The notes beneath the pieces are model-generated. The model ran no database searches. It was not told where the DNA came from and saw only the letters and a program-made list of their open reading frames with translations. This document shows positions 1 through 8,121 of a stretch of 32,000 bases of DNA, one piece after another. This DNA comes from an archaeon GW2011_AR10 (GTDB lineage Archaea > Iainarchaeota > Iainarchaeia > Iainarchaeales > GW2011-AR10), in contig CP010424.1 of NCBI GenBank assembly GCA_000830275.1, positions 720,001 to 752,000 of the forward strand, read 5' to 3'. The translations under genes and the position numbers were made by a program. Numbering within the stretch: position 1 is the first letter of the stretch; the number at the start of each line of letters is the position of its first letter.

Positions 1-2
1 AA

Positions 3-260
3 GAGAAAACGCAGAAATTGCGGGAATGGAGGGCAAGCAAAAGAGAAAAAGCAGCCCTTAGAAAAAAACTTAAAATACAATTAGACAGAATCAATAAAAA
101 CATATCAGTCCTTGAAGGCCGGGTATATGATCAAGAACATCATCCGGCTTATACCGGGTCTGTCCATGTTGAAGAAGCAAAGGACACCATAAGACAACTT
201 AAGAAACAAAAAGGGTTTTTAGAAAAGCAGATAAAGCAGTTAAAACAATCAAAAAAATAA
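3..260 (+). CDS. Hypothetical Lys/Glu-rich coiled-coil protein, 5'-truncated by the window edge
   Basis: The reading frame is open from the first bases of the window (..EKTQKLREWRASKREK..) to TAA at 258-260. The sequence is heptad-like and charged. No recognisable motif. Confidence 0.4.
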   Translation, partial: EKTQKLREWRASKREKAALRKKLKIQLDRINKNISVLEGRVYDQEHHPAYTGSVHVEEAKDTIRQLKKQKGFLEKQIKQLKQSKK

Positions 261-388
261 AGACTAAAGGAACCCTTAAACGCATTCCAATTGGTTCTTT
301 TGGCCAGAGGAATAAAAACTTTTAATTTAAGGCAGATTTAGGCCGTAGTTTTAAAAACGTTATTTAATTCATTAAGGTAGGTGCCCCA

Positions 389-829
389 ATGGCGGAAGAG
401 AAGTACATCCAATTCGTGGCAAACTACGATGACTGGGTTGCGATTAAAAAACTCAAGGTTGAGCAGGCAACCGACCCAAAAACTGTTATGGAGTTTTTGG
501 CTGGGCTCACTATTTCGATTGACGACAAGGTTGAAGCAAACCTCGGGAAAGCTGTTGACCTGAAAAAGCTTGACTCTGCATTAAACGAATTGAGTTTGGG
601 TAAAGGCGATACTTCAAAAGCGCTGGCGGAAGTCAACGGCAGAAAAATTAATTCCATTATTGATGAAATAACTTCCAAGCCTGAGTTCCAGAAAAACGAG
701 CAGAAAGAGCTTAAGGGATTCTGCAAGGCCTACGCAATGAAAAAGGCTTTGAAGGCATGCGGGCTGAACGTTGATTACTCTGGCGTTGAAATTCCAGGCA
801 TGAAACGCCTCAAAAAAATAAAGGTTTAA
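389..829 (+). CDS. Hypothetical protein (146 aa)
   Basis: ATG ORF preceded by a GGTAGGTG Shine-Dalgarno-like element and an A/T box (ttttaaaaacgttatttaa). No family motif recognised. Confidence 0.55.
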   Translation: MAEEKYIQFVANYDDWVAIKKLKVEQATDPKTVMEFLAGLTISIDDKVEANLGKAVDLKKLDSALNELSLGKGDTSKALAEVNGRKINSIIDEITSKPEFQKNEQKELKGFCKAYAMKKALKACGLNVDYSGVEIPGMKRLKKIKV

Positions 830-925
830 ATACCTCTTTTGCGTTACTTTAACTGATTTTAACGTGCTTGCTATCTAAAATCGAAGTGGAATCCTAAATA
901 TAAAAAGAGTGTTTTTGTTTTGGCA

Positions 926-2083
926 ATGAAAAAATTTTATTTTTTAGTTCTGCTTGTTTTTCTCTTTAATGGATGTAGCCAGCCGAGTGATTCAGCTTAC
1001 TCTGAAAATGTTGAATTAAGCTTGGACCAAATAAAGGAATTAACCGAGGAAAGCCCTGACACAAATGTTTCGGTTACTTTTTTCGGCGAGAACTCAATTC
1101 AGCGGAACATAGAAAAAATAAAAACCTCCTGCAAAAAAGATTTTCCAATTCAGCCTTACTATTTGATTGAAATACAAAAGACTGCTGGAAACATTGTTCT
1201 CTGGCTTAGCGTGGACTCACAACAAGTCGTTTGCTCAGTAAGAAAAGGAATCAAAGTTGATTCGTGCTTTAGCGAGCTTGACTGCGATGATGGTTTGGTC
1301 TCAACAATTGATAAGTGCGAAGGCACTCCAAGAACTTGCTCGCATGGAAGAATAACTGAATGCAGGGGCGGAGACAATTTTTGCCCCAGCAACTGTACAG
1401 CAGATTTGGATGGGGACTGTGTAAGGCAATGCACTTCTAACGATGATTGCAGTGACGAAAACATTTTAACGGAGGACATTTGTTATGGGTTAATAAAGGT
1501 CTGCACTTTCAAGCCTCTTGACAAAAAAGAGGCTGGAATTTGTGAAGAATTAGCAGACTGCGAAGATGACAACCCATGCACAATTGATTCCTGCACTGAC
1601 TCAAAATGCTCCCATGACCCCCTAATCAATGGCACTTTTTGTGATGATAGAAAAGAATGCTTCGATGGAGCCTGTGTCTCGGTTACAGAAAATGAAATGG
1701 TTGTAAAAAATATTGAGGCAGAACAATCTGGAGAGCGTGAAGTCAAAATTACTTGGACAACAAACAAGCAAGGAGACTCTACTGTTAAGTACGGTGTTTG
1801 GCCCAATGCCTCTTACGACAATATTGAGGAAATTAAAGAATATGTGGTAGACCATGAAGTTTTGTTGCAAAACATTTCAGTGGGAAAAAAGTATGTTTTT
1901 AAGGTTCGTTCCGCGGATAGGTTTGGCCAAACAGCTTCTGAGGTTGGCGGTGATAGGGAAACCTTTACTCTTTGCTTGGAAGAGTGCGATGACGGAAACA
2001 GTTGCACAATTGACTCCTGCAATATAAGCTTAGGTGCCTGCGAAAGCAAAACAGACACGTCAATTGAGGGCTGCACACAGTAA
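926..2083 (+). CDS. Secreted Cys-rich lipoprotein with CxDxNxCTxDxC modules and an FN3-like domain
   Basis: The ATG at 926 gives MKKFYFLVLLVFLFNGC, a signal peptide plus an LFNGC lipobox. Modules such as CEDDNPCTIDSCTDSKC and CDDGNSCTIDSCNISLGAC repeat and resemble the Dictyostelium CTDC-type repeat. The central VKITWTTNKQGDSTVKYG...YVFKVRSADRFGQ block resembles an FN3 / purple-acid-phosphatase N-terminal domain. A TATA-like box (taaatataaaaag) lies about 25 nt upstream. Confidence 0.75.
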   Translation: MKKFYFLVLLVFLFNGCSQPSDSAYSENVELSLDQIKELTEESPDTNVSVTFFGENSIQRNIEKIKTSCKKDFPIQPYYLIEIQKTAGNIVLWLSVDSQQVVCSVRKGIKVDSCFSELDCDDGLVSTIDKCEGTPRTCSHGRITECRGGDNFCPSNCTADLDGDCVRQCTSNDDCSDENILTEDICYGLIKVCTFKPLDKKEAGICEELADCEDDNPCTIDSCTDSKCSHDPLINGTFCDDRKECFDGACVSVTENEMVVKNIEAEQSGEREVKITWTTNKQGDSTVKYGVWPNASYDNIEEIKEYVVDHEVLLQNISVGKKYVFKVRSADRFGQTASEVGGDRETFTLCLEECDDGNSCTIDSCNISLGACESKTDTSIEGCTQ

Positions 2084-2183
2084 AAAGGCTTAATCATGTT
2101 TTAGGGTTAAAATCTGCCTTTTACCGAAATTTTAGCCGAAAACATTAAATAGAAGTAAGAAAGTATTAGAATATTGGAATTAG

Positions 2184-5100
2184 GTGTCATCCAACAAAAT
2201 ATTTTTGGTTTTTTTGCTAATTTTGATTGTTGCTCCAGCCGCTAATGCCGGAGTCATAGATGATATGATTTCTGGTTTTTTTAACCTGTTTCTCCAGTCG
2301 TGTTCTTCTTCCCAGCAATGGTATTGTTACACTGAAACAGAATGCACAGGCGCAGGAGGCTACTGGTGCAATAGTTACTGTCAATCATCACCTTGCAGCA
2401 GTTCCGGTGGCAGTGGCTCTTATGGATATTGCGGCAATGGAACATGTGAAAGCGGAGAAACAACCGGAAGCTGCCCATCAGATTGTGGAAGCTATACTGG
2501 AGGAGGCTCCTCTAGTTACTGCGGAAATGGAACCTGCGAAAGCAGCGAAACATACTCCTCCTGCCCATATGACTGCGGAAGCGGAGCGCCAAGCAGTAGC
2601 GGAACCACGGTTTGCGGGAACGGAACCTGCGAATCAGGAGAAAGCACTGGAAGTTGTCCTGCTGACTGTGGAAGTTACACAGGCGGAGGCGGAGCAGGTT
2701 CTTCTTGCACAGCTGACCAGCCGTGGAATTGCTATAGCGAATCAGAATGTGTAACCGCAAGCGGAAAATGGTGTGGAAAATATTGTTCCAGTTCTTGTCC
2801 AACATGCGAAACAGGAAAAGTTTGGAACTGCTATACGCAAACTGAATGCACTTCCGCTGGCGGAAAATGGTGCAATGAATATTGTTCTGAATACGAGTGC
2901 CCGACATGCTCAGCTGCTCAGCCCTGGAATTGCAATACAGAGTCAACCTGCACTGGAGCAGGAGCAAACTGGTGCAACAACTACTGTCAGTCAGGCTCCT
3001 GCCCAACCTGTGAAACAGGAAACGTATGGAACTGCTACACTGAAAGCGCCTGCACTGGAGTAGGCGGCCAGTGGTGCGGCAACTGGTGCAGTGATAAAGC
3101 CTGCCCATCATGCTCCAAAGAACAACCATGGAATTGCTATAATGAATCCAACTGCACTACAGCAGGGGGAAACTGGTGCAACAACTATTGCTCGAATTAT
3201 GAGTGCCCAAAGTGTGATTCCAGCCAGCCCTGGAACTGCAGCAATGAGACTGACTGTGCGGCAGCCGGCGGCTACTATTGTTCTTCATCAGGAGGTGCTT
3301 CATGGTGTTCCAACTCAAAGTGCCCGGTTTGCGAAGCCGCCCAGCCATGGAATTGCTATACTCAAGGAGAATGCTCCAATGCTGGTAGCCAGTGGTGTGA
3401 GTCTGAAGGAGGCAAAGGGTATTGCTCACAGGAGTGCCCGATTTGTTCCAAGGAAAAGCCGTGGAATTGCTATAATGAAACCCAAGCCAACAATGTTGGG
3501 CTCCAATGGTGTGGCACTTTTGCTGCTGAAACCTGCCCAAAGTGCGAACCAAACAATTACTGGAATTGCTTTGACCAAACAAGTTGCACTGGTGTAGGCG
3601 GAAATTGGTGCACTTCTGACTATGGCTCTAGTTGGTGTTCCAGCAGCTGCCCAACATGCTCAGCTGAACAACCATGGAATTGCTATAATGAATCCAACTG
3701 CACTACAGCAGGAGGAAACTGGTGTGGAAGCTGGTGTAATTCCGGAGAATGCCCAACGTGTTCTCCTGAACAGCCCTGGAATTGTTCAACTGAAGAAAGT
3801 TGTAATGCAGCAGGAAAGAAATGGTGCACTTCTTCGGGCGACGCTGGTTTTGCTTCAACGCCAAGTGGCGGTTGGTGTACTGATAGCTGCCCTACTTGTA
3901 GTGAAGACCAGCCGTGGAATTGTTATTCTGAGACAACTTGTGTTTCATCTGGAGGGGAATGGTGCAATGGGTGGTGCAGTAATTCTTGCCCTGTGTGCTC
4001 TAAGACTGAACCATGGAACTGTACAACCCAATCAGAATGCGTAGCTGCAAGCGGAGAGTGGTGCGGAAACTGGTGCTCTGACAACTGCCCAACGTGTTCA
4101 GCTGAACAACCATGGAATTGTTATGATGAAGCCTCCTGTGCTAAAGCAGAAGCAAAATGGTGCTCAGACAAATTTGCTTCTTGGTGCTCTGACAACTGCC
4201 CAACGTGTTCTACAGATCAGCCTTGGAGTTGTTACAGTGAGGCAGACTGCACTGAAGTTGGAGCAAACTGGTGTGAAAGCTGGTGCAGTGTAAAGGAATG
4301 CCCAACCTGTGATAATGCCCAACCGTGGAATTGCCAAACAGAAACTGCCTGTGAAGAAGTAAATGGAAACTGGTGTATTCCGGTTGGTGGAGGGTATGGC
4401 TACTGCTCAGATGCAGAATGTGCGTCATGCAAGGAGACAAGCCCCTGGAATTGTTATAATGAAGCAGATTGTAAGGGAGTTGAAGCAGAGTGGTGCGACA
4501 CATATTGCTCTGACCAAAAATGCCCAACCTGTTCCGCTGAACAACCATGGAATTGCTATAGCCAAACAGGATGCAGTTCCGCTGAAGGAAACTGGTGTGT
4601 GTCTCCAAGTGGCGGTGCAGGATGGTGCTCCGAATATGAATGTCCAAGCTGCTCCAAAGACCAACCATGGAACTGCTATAAAAAAGAAAATTGTATTGCT
4701 GCAGAAGGGGAGTGGTGTGATTCAGGGTATGGCGCTTATTGCACCAATAAATGCCAGACTTGCTCCGAGGACGAGCCTTGGAATTGCTTTGACAAGGATA
4801 AGTGTTTGGCAACAGGCGGAGAGTGGTGCGGAACCTATTGCTCTGATTCCTGCCCTATATGTTCACCTGAGAGGCCCTGGGACTGCTATACTCAAGCAGG
4901 GTGCGAGGAAGCCAGCGGAAACTGGTGCAATGGCTACTGTTCTAATTACGAGTGCCCAAAGTGTGATTCTAGCCAGCCCTGGAACTGCAGCAATGAAACC
5001 TCTTGCAAGGATTCTGGCGGCCAGTGGTGCGGTGAAAAGGGACAAGGTGGTGCAGTATATGCTTCCTATGGCTGGTGCAGCAATGATTGCCCAACGTGTT

Positions 5101-6674
5101 CTTCTAAGACGCCTTGGAATTGTTATTCACAGAATGACTGCCAGAAGGTAGGGTCTAACTGGTGTGGAACCTATTGCTCTGACCAGAAATGCCCAACGTG
5201 TTCTCCTGAACAGCCATGGAATTGCTCCAGCAAAGCAGAATGCACTGAAGCAGCAGGAAACTGGTGTGAGCCAACATGGAAAGGCGGATATGGCTGGTGC
5301 TCTGATTACAGCTGCCCAGTGTATAATGCAGGTTACTGTGGGGATTCAGTCTGTGACTTTGCTGTGGGAGAGGACTCGTTTTCCTGTTTCGAGGATTGTG
5401 GGGAGGGACAACTTAGAGATTATGGTTGTAGAGAAATTGTAGATCCTGTTACCGGTTTCACTGAATTTGAGTGTGAAACAGAAACCTATGAGTGTTTTGG
5501 GGAACCACCAGAAGTGAAGGAAACGTGCTTGGCTTATGGCGGAACGCCAGTTTCTGAAAAGGATCCGTTCGGTTGTGACATTACTTTCTGTAAGTTTGAT
5601 GGTGTAGCTGACAAGGATCAGGTGTTTTTTGGAGGGGAATGTCTGCCAGGAGAAAAAGCAAAGGAGGTACTAAGGGCCTGTGAGAAAAATGGTTTGACGG
5701 GCATATTGGATGTTGGACTTAATGGCTGTTTTTTCCCAAGATGTGAGGGCAAACAGAATAATTACGAGGATGTTTGCGAAACTTATTCAACAGACGAGAT
5801 AAGCGAATTGGAAAATGCTTGTAAGGCACAGGGCGGAACCCTTGTTCCAAAATTTGATGATAATGGTTGTAAAACTCCAAGTTGTGAATCCGGAGATGTT
5901 TGCATTGAAATAGAAAATAATGCTGTGGAAAAATGTGCTGCATTTGGGGGTTCAATGGTTGTTGAGAAGGATGATGCAGGCTGCGTTGTTTATGCTAACT
6001 GCATTAAGAGAGGTGAAACGTCAATAGAATCAGAAGAAGTAAACGAAGTCCCTGAGCAAGAGAAATTAATTGAATTATCTGATAGATTGGATGAATTAAG
6101 CTTGGATATTGGTAATTTAGTTACAAGGAGCGAAGAATTGGCTGCCTTTTATGAAGAGAAAAATGATGAAGCCAGCCAAACAAAGTTTGAAACCCTGGTT
6201 GCAATGCTTGAGGCCGCTAATACAAAGATTGGCATGATACAGAAAGAATTAGAAGAAAATATCTATTCTATTACAACAGACGACTTGGAGAACTTAAAAA
6301 TAGAGGTCAAATACGTTAGAGATGTATTGCTTCAGGATGCAATGTTTTTGCTTTTTAGTGAACCACTTGGAGATGAAGTGGTTGATTGCGGAACGAATGA
6401 CTCTTGCTTTATGCAGGCATTCAGAATTTGCCAAAAAGCCACTATAAGCCATGTTGAAGCCGGCACAACTTTTGAAGGGGAGATTTTGGGCCTACAAAAT
6501 GAGAGGTGTGTTTTTGAAATTAGAATAGAACTGGAAGGCCAGCAGTTGGAAATGACCTGCAGGGATCCAAACTATGCGCTTGGAGACCTTGGTGATGGCG
6601 AGTTTTTGAACTATTGTGAGGGCTCACTTCTTGAAAGAATTTCAGAGTTTACTTCTCCGGAGGAAGTTGAATGA
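2184..6674 (+). CDS. Giant (1,496 aa) secreted cysteine/tryptophan-rich tandem-repeat protein, unrecognised family
   Basis: A GTG start directly follows an in-frame TAG. The signal peptide is MSSNKIFLVFLLILIVAPAANA|GV. Domain order: 3 CGNGTCESGE..CPxDCGS modules, about 24 six-Cys modules, 4 C-x15-C-x4/5-C modules, a coiled coil (EKLIELSDRLDELSLDIGNL...), then a Cys-containing C-terminal domain. The 4.5-kb frame is uninterrupted. Confidence 0.85.
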   Translation: MSSNKIFLVFLLILIVAPAANAGVIDDMISGFFNLFLQSCSSSQQWYCYTETECTGAGGYWCNSYCQSSPCSSSGGSGSYGYCGNGTCESGETTGSCPSDCGSYTGGGSSSYCGNGTCESSETYSSCPYDCGSGAPSSSGTTVCGNGTCESGESTGSCPADCGSYTGGGGAGSSCTADQPWNCYSESECVTASGKWCGKYCSSSCPTCETGKVWNCYTQTECTSAGGKWCNEYCSEYECPTCSAAQPWNCNTESTCTGAGANWCNNYCQSGSCPTCETGNVWNCYTESACTGVGGQWCGNWCSDKACPSCSKEQPWNCYNESNCTTAGGNWCNNYCSNYECPKCDSSQPWNCSNETDCAAAGGYYCSSSGGASWCSNSKCPVCEAAQPWNCYTQGECSNAGSQWCESEGGKGYCSQECPICSKEKPWNCYNETQANNVGLQWCGTFAAETCPKCEPNNYWNCFDQTSCTGVGGNWCTSDYGSSWCSSSCPTCSAEQPWNCYNESNCTTAGGNWCGSWCNSGECPTCSPEQPWNCSTEESCNAAGKKWCTSSGDAGFASTPSGGWCTDSCPTCSEDQPWNCYSETTCVSSGGEWCNGWCSNSCPVCSKTEPWNCTTQSECVAASGEWCGNWCSDNCPTCSAEQPWNCYDEASCAKAEAKWCSDKFASWCSDNCPTCSTDQPWSCYSEADCTEVGANWCESWCSVKECPTCDNAQPWNCQTETACEEVNGNWCIPVGGGYGYCSDAECASCKETSPWNCYNEADCKGVEAEWCDTYCSDQKCPTCSAEQPWNCYSQTGCSSAEGNWCVSPSGGAGWCSEYECPSCSKDQPWNCYKKENCIAAEGEWCDSGYGAYCTNKCQTCSEDEPWNCFDKDKCLATGGEWCGTYCSDSCPICSPERPWDCYTQAGCEEASGNWCNGYCSNYECPKCDSSQPWNCSNETSCKDSGGQWCGEKGQGGAVYASYGWCSNDCPTCSSKTPWNCYSQNDCQKVGSNWCGTYCSDQKCPTCSPEQPWNCSSKAECTEAAGNWCEPTWKGGYGWCSDYSCPVYNAGYCGDSVCDFAVGEDSFSCFEDCGEGQLRDYGCREIVDPVTGFTEFECETETYECFGEPPEVKETCLAYGGTPVSEKDPFGCDITFCKFDGVADKDQVFFGGECLPGEKAKEVLRACEKNGLTGILDVGLNGCFFPRCEGKQNNYEDVCETYSTDEISELENACKAQGGTLVPKFDDNGCKTPSCESGDVCIEIENNAVEKCAAFGGSMVVEKDDAGCVVYANCIKRGETSIESEEVNEVPEQEKLIELSDRLDELSLDIGNLVTRSEELAAFYEEKNDEASQTKFETLVAMLEAANTKIGMIQKELEENIYSITTDDLENLKIEVKYVRDVLLQDAMFLLFSEPLGDEVVDCGTNDSCFMQAFRICQKATISHVEAGTTFEGEILGLQNERCVFEIRIELEGQQLEMTCRDPNYALGDLGDGEFLNYCEGSLLERISEFTSPEEVE
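2427..2675 (+). repeat. Three tandem coding modules YCGNGTCESGE(T/S)xxSCPxDCGS
   Basis: Read from the translation: YCGNGTCESGETTGSCPSDCGS, YCGNGTCESSETYSSCPYDCGS, VCGNGTCESGESTGSCPADCGS. Gly/Ser linkers separate the modules. Confidence 0.85.
2706..5312 (+). repeat. About 24 tandem coding repeats (31-45 aa each): C-P-x-C-x3-(P/V/Y)-W-N-C-x5-C-x3-G-G-x-W-C-x(2-15)-(W/Y)-C
   Basis: I counted 24 consecutive units by hand, e.g. CPTCSAEQPWNCYNESNCTTAGGNWCGSWCNSGE. A degenerate zeroth unit lies at about 2301-2396. Each unit has six Cys at conserved spacing. Length variation is confined to the loop before the last Cys. Confidence 0.9.
5526..6002 (+). repeat. Four coding modules with C-x15-C-x4/5-C spacing
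   Basis: CLAYGGTPVSEKDPFGCDITFC, CEKNGLTGILDVGLNGCFFPRC, CKAQGGTLVPKFDDNGCKTPSC, CAAFGGSMVVEKDDAGCVVYANC. The Cys spacing is identical in the first three, and a GG...D..GC core is shared. Confidence 0.8.
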
Positions 6675-6967
6675 ACTTAAAAAAAATTAATTTTAAATTG
6701 GACAAGAACAATAAAGCAATCTGGGTTGCCCTGACATTAGTCGCGGTAATTGGCATTGGAATCCTAATCCTTCAAGGGTATGAGCCCGAGTACAAGCCCT
6801 TAAAACCGGACCTAGATTTTTCTGATGACCTTTTGTCAATTATTGAGAGCGAATTAGGTGTCAAAAGTACAGGTGCTCAAGGTGAAAGCGTAGTTTCAAT
6901 GGGAAGTGAAATTGAGGGAGTGGTTGGAGCTTTGAGCGATGTTGACAGGGATTTAAGCGGCGGTTAG
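6671..6967 (+). CDS. Small single-pass membrane protein (98 aa), translationally coupled to the giant repeat protein
   Basis: Its ATG overlaps the upstream TGA (ATGA at 6671-6674). The TM segment is AIWVALTLVAVIGIGILILQG, and the C-terminal tail is acidic. Confidence 0.6.
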   Translation: MNLKKINFKLDKNNKAIWVALTLVAVIGIGILILQGYEPEYKPLKPDLDFSDDLLSIIESELGVKSTGAQGESVVSMGSEIEGVVGALSDVDRDLSGG

Positions 6968-7012
6968 GTAGCAGTTTAAATAGCTCCCTTGCATTAATTT
7001 CACTGATTGAGC

Positions 7013-7903
7013 ATGGAATTGCAGGAACTGAATGAAGCAGGACTGCATTTAGCGCAGAGTTTTTCATCCCCGGCACTTGACTTGGTTTTCTCTGCATTAA
7101 CTGTTTTAGGTAACCCGGTTTTCTGGGTTTTTGTTGCAGCGCTGGTGTTCTGGAAAGGAGAGGAAAAAGAGTCCTTTTTCCTCATGAACATGGTTGTTTT
7201 TGCAACAGCGCTTGTAGGGGTGCTTAAGAGTTTTTTTGCTGTTCCTAGGCCGTCTCCAGAAAATTTCAGAGTGGTTGAAAACCTAGTTACAGTTAGCTAT
7301 GGCGGAAACAATTACCCTGACTTCGCTTTTCCAAGCGGCCACACTACAACTGTAACCGCGGCAGCTGTTTACCTCCAAAAATTCGAGAAAAAGTGGCTGA
7401 AAGAAATTTTTCTGGCAATAGTGGTTGCAGTGGCTTTTTCAAGGATGTACTTGGGCCAGCACTTTCCGCTGGATGTTGCAGGAGGCCTTGTTTTGGGGGT
7501 TCTCGTGGGCAACAGCAATCTACTCATACAAAAAAGGTTCGAAAAATCGCGTTTCAGGCTAACAAAATTAAGGGAGGAACTGGCATTGTTTGGAATAATA
7601 GTGGCTTCTGTTGCTGCAATTGCCTTGTTTGAGGCCCCAATAGTAAGTTTGCTGGTTTTGGGTTACTATGCAGGGTTTTTGGCCTTCAAAATCCTTGGAT
7701 TTGACTCAACAAGGCTTCAAGGCAGCGAACTGCTCAAAAAAGAGGCTCTTGGAAGCGCTGGGTTTTTGCTTCTGGTCGGGCCTGCACTCATTTTGGGGGA
7801 AGCCTTAACCCAGCTCTTGCTGTTCCTTTTCGCTGGCCTCTGGATAAGCCTTATTTTCCCGGCAGTTTACGAGAAGGTTTTAAAGAAAACGCCTTCAAAG
7901 TAG
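7013..7903 (+). CDS. PAP2-family (type 2 phosphatidic acid / polyprenyl-diphosphate) phosphatase with extra C-terminal TM helices
   Basis: All three PAP2 motifs are present: KSFFAVPRP (KxxxxxxRP), FPSGHTTT (PSGH) and SRMYLGQHFPLDV (SRxxxxxHxxxD). I prefer the ATG at 7013 over the TTG at 7007. A TATA-like box (gtttaaatag) lies about 30 nt upstream. Confidence 0.85.
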   Translation: MELQELNEAGLHLAQSFSSPALDLVFSALTVLGNPVFWVFVAALVFWKGEEKESFFLMNMVVFATALVGVLKSFFAVPRPSPENFRVVENLVTVSYGGNNYPDFAFPSGHTTTVTAAAVYLQKFEKKWLKEIFLAIVVAVAFSRMYLGQHFPLDVAGGLVLGVLVGNSNLLIQKRFEKSRFRLTKLREELALFGIIVASVAAIALFEAPIVSLLVLGYYAGFLAFKILGFDSTRLQGSELLKKEALGSAGFLLLVGPALILGEALTQLLLFLFAGLWISLIFPAVYEKVLKKTPSK

Positions 7904-7909
7904 TTATAG

Positions 7910-8121
7910 CCCTCCTTAGCTTAGTAGCAAAAGCGCTCGGCTGTAGACGCTGGATTTTCGCCCTAAAAAGCGGATCCGGGTGCTGGCACAAAAGGAGCAA
8001 TTGCATTAAGCGAAAGTTCTGTGCAAATTTAAACAGAGCATAGCACGCCCTGCAAACTCCGCCAGTTTGCGACCAGCAAGCAGTTACCGAGAGATCCCCG
8101 GTGCAACTCCGGGAGGGGGGA
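7910..8121 (+). tRNA. tRNA-Tyr (anticodon GUA) with a 139-nt intron (7947-8085) at position 37/38
   Basis: Hand-folded cloverleaf.
- Acceptor: CCCUCCU (7910-7916) pairs with AGGGGGG (8114-8120), giving C1:G72 and A73, the archaeal/eukaryal Tyr identity set. U8 and A9 are present.
- D stem: GCUU/AAGC.
- Anticodon stem: CUCGG (7936-7940) pairs with CCGAG (8087-8091).
- Anticodon loop: CUGUAG|A.
- T arm: CCCGG-UGCAACU-CCGGG.
- Bulge-helix-bulge: 3-nt bulges AGA (7945-7947) and UUA (8084-8086) flank the 4-bp helix CUGU (7941-7944) / GCAG (8080-8083). An intron helix GCUGG/CCAGC follows.
- No CCA is encoded.
- A TATA-like box (ttttaaag, about 7878) lies inside the end of the PAP2 CDS. Confidence 0.85.

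Noticed and set aside
2407-5442. The +1 frame of the giant gene is almost continuously open (track ORFs 2407-2754, 2773-3063, 3091-3597, 3622-4044, 4363-5151, 5164-5442). Long antisense ORFs are also present (2512-3129, 3157-3582, 4210-4812).
   Set aside because: The main frame is dominated by TGY, TGG, AAY, GGN and CCN codons and is poor in Leu, Ile, Val and Met, so stop codons are rare in the shifted and antisense frames. The alternative translations are low-complexity (GIAIMNPTALQQ...) and lack starts or signals. They are compositional artefacts, not overprinted genes.
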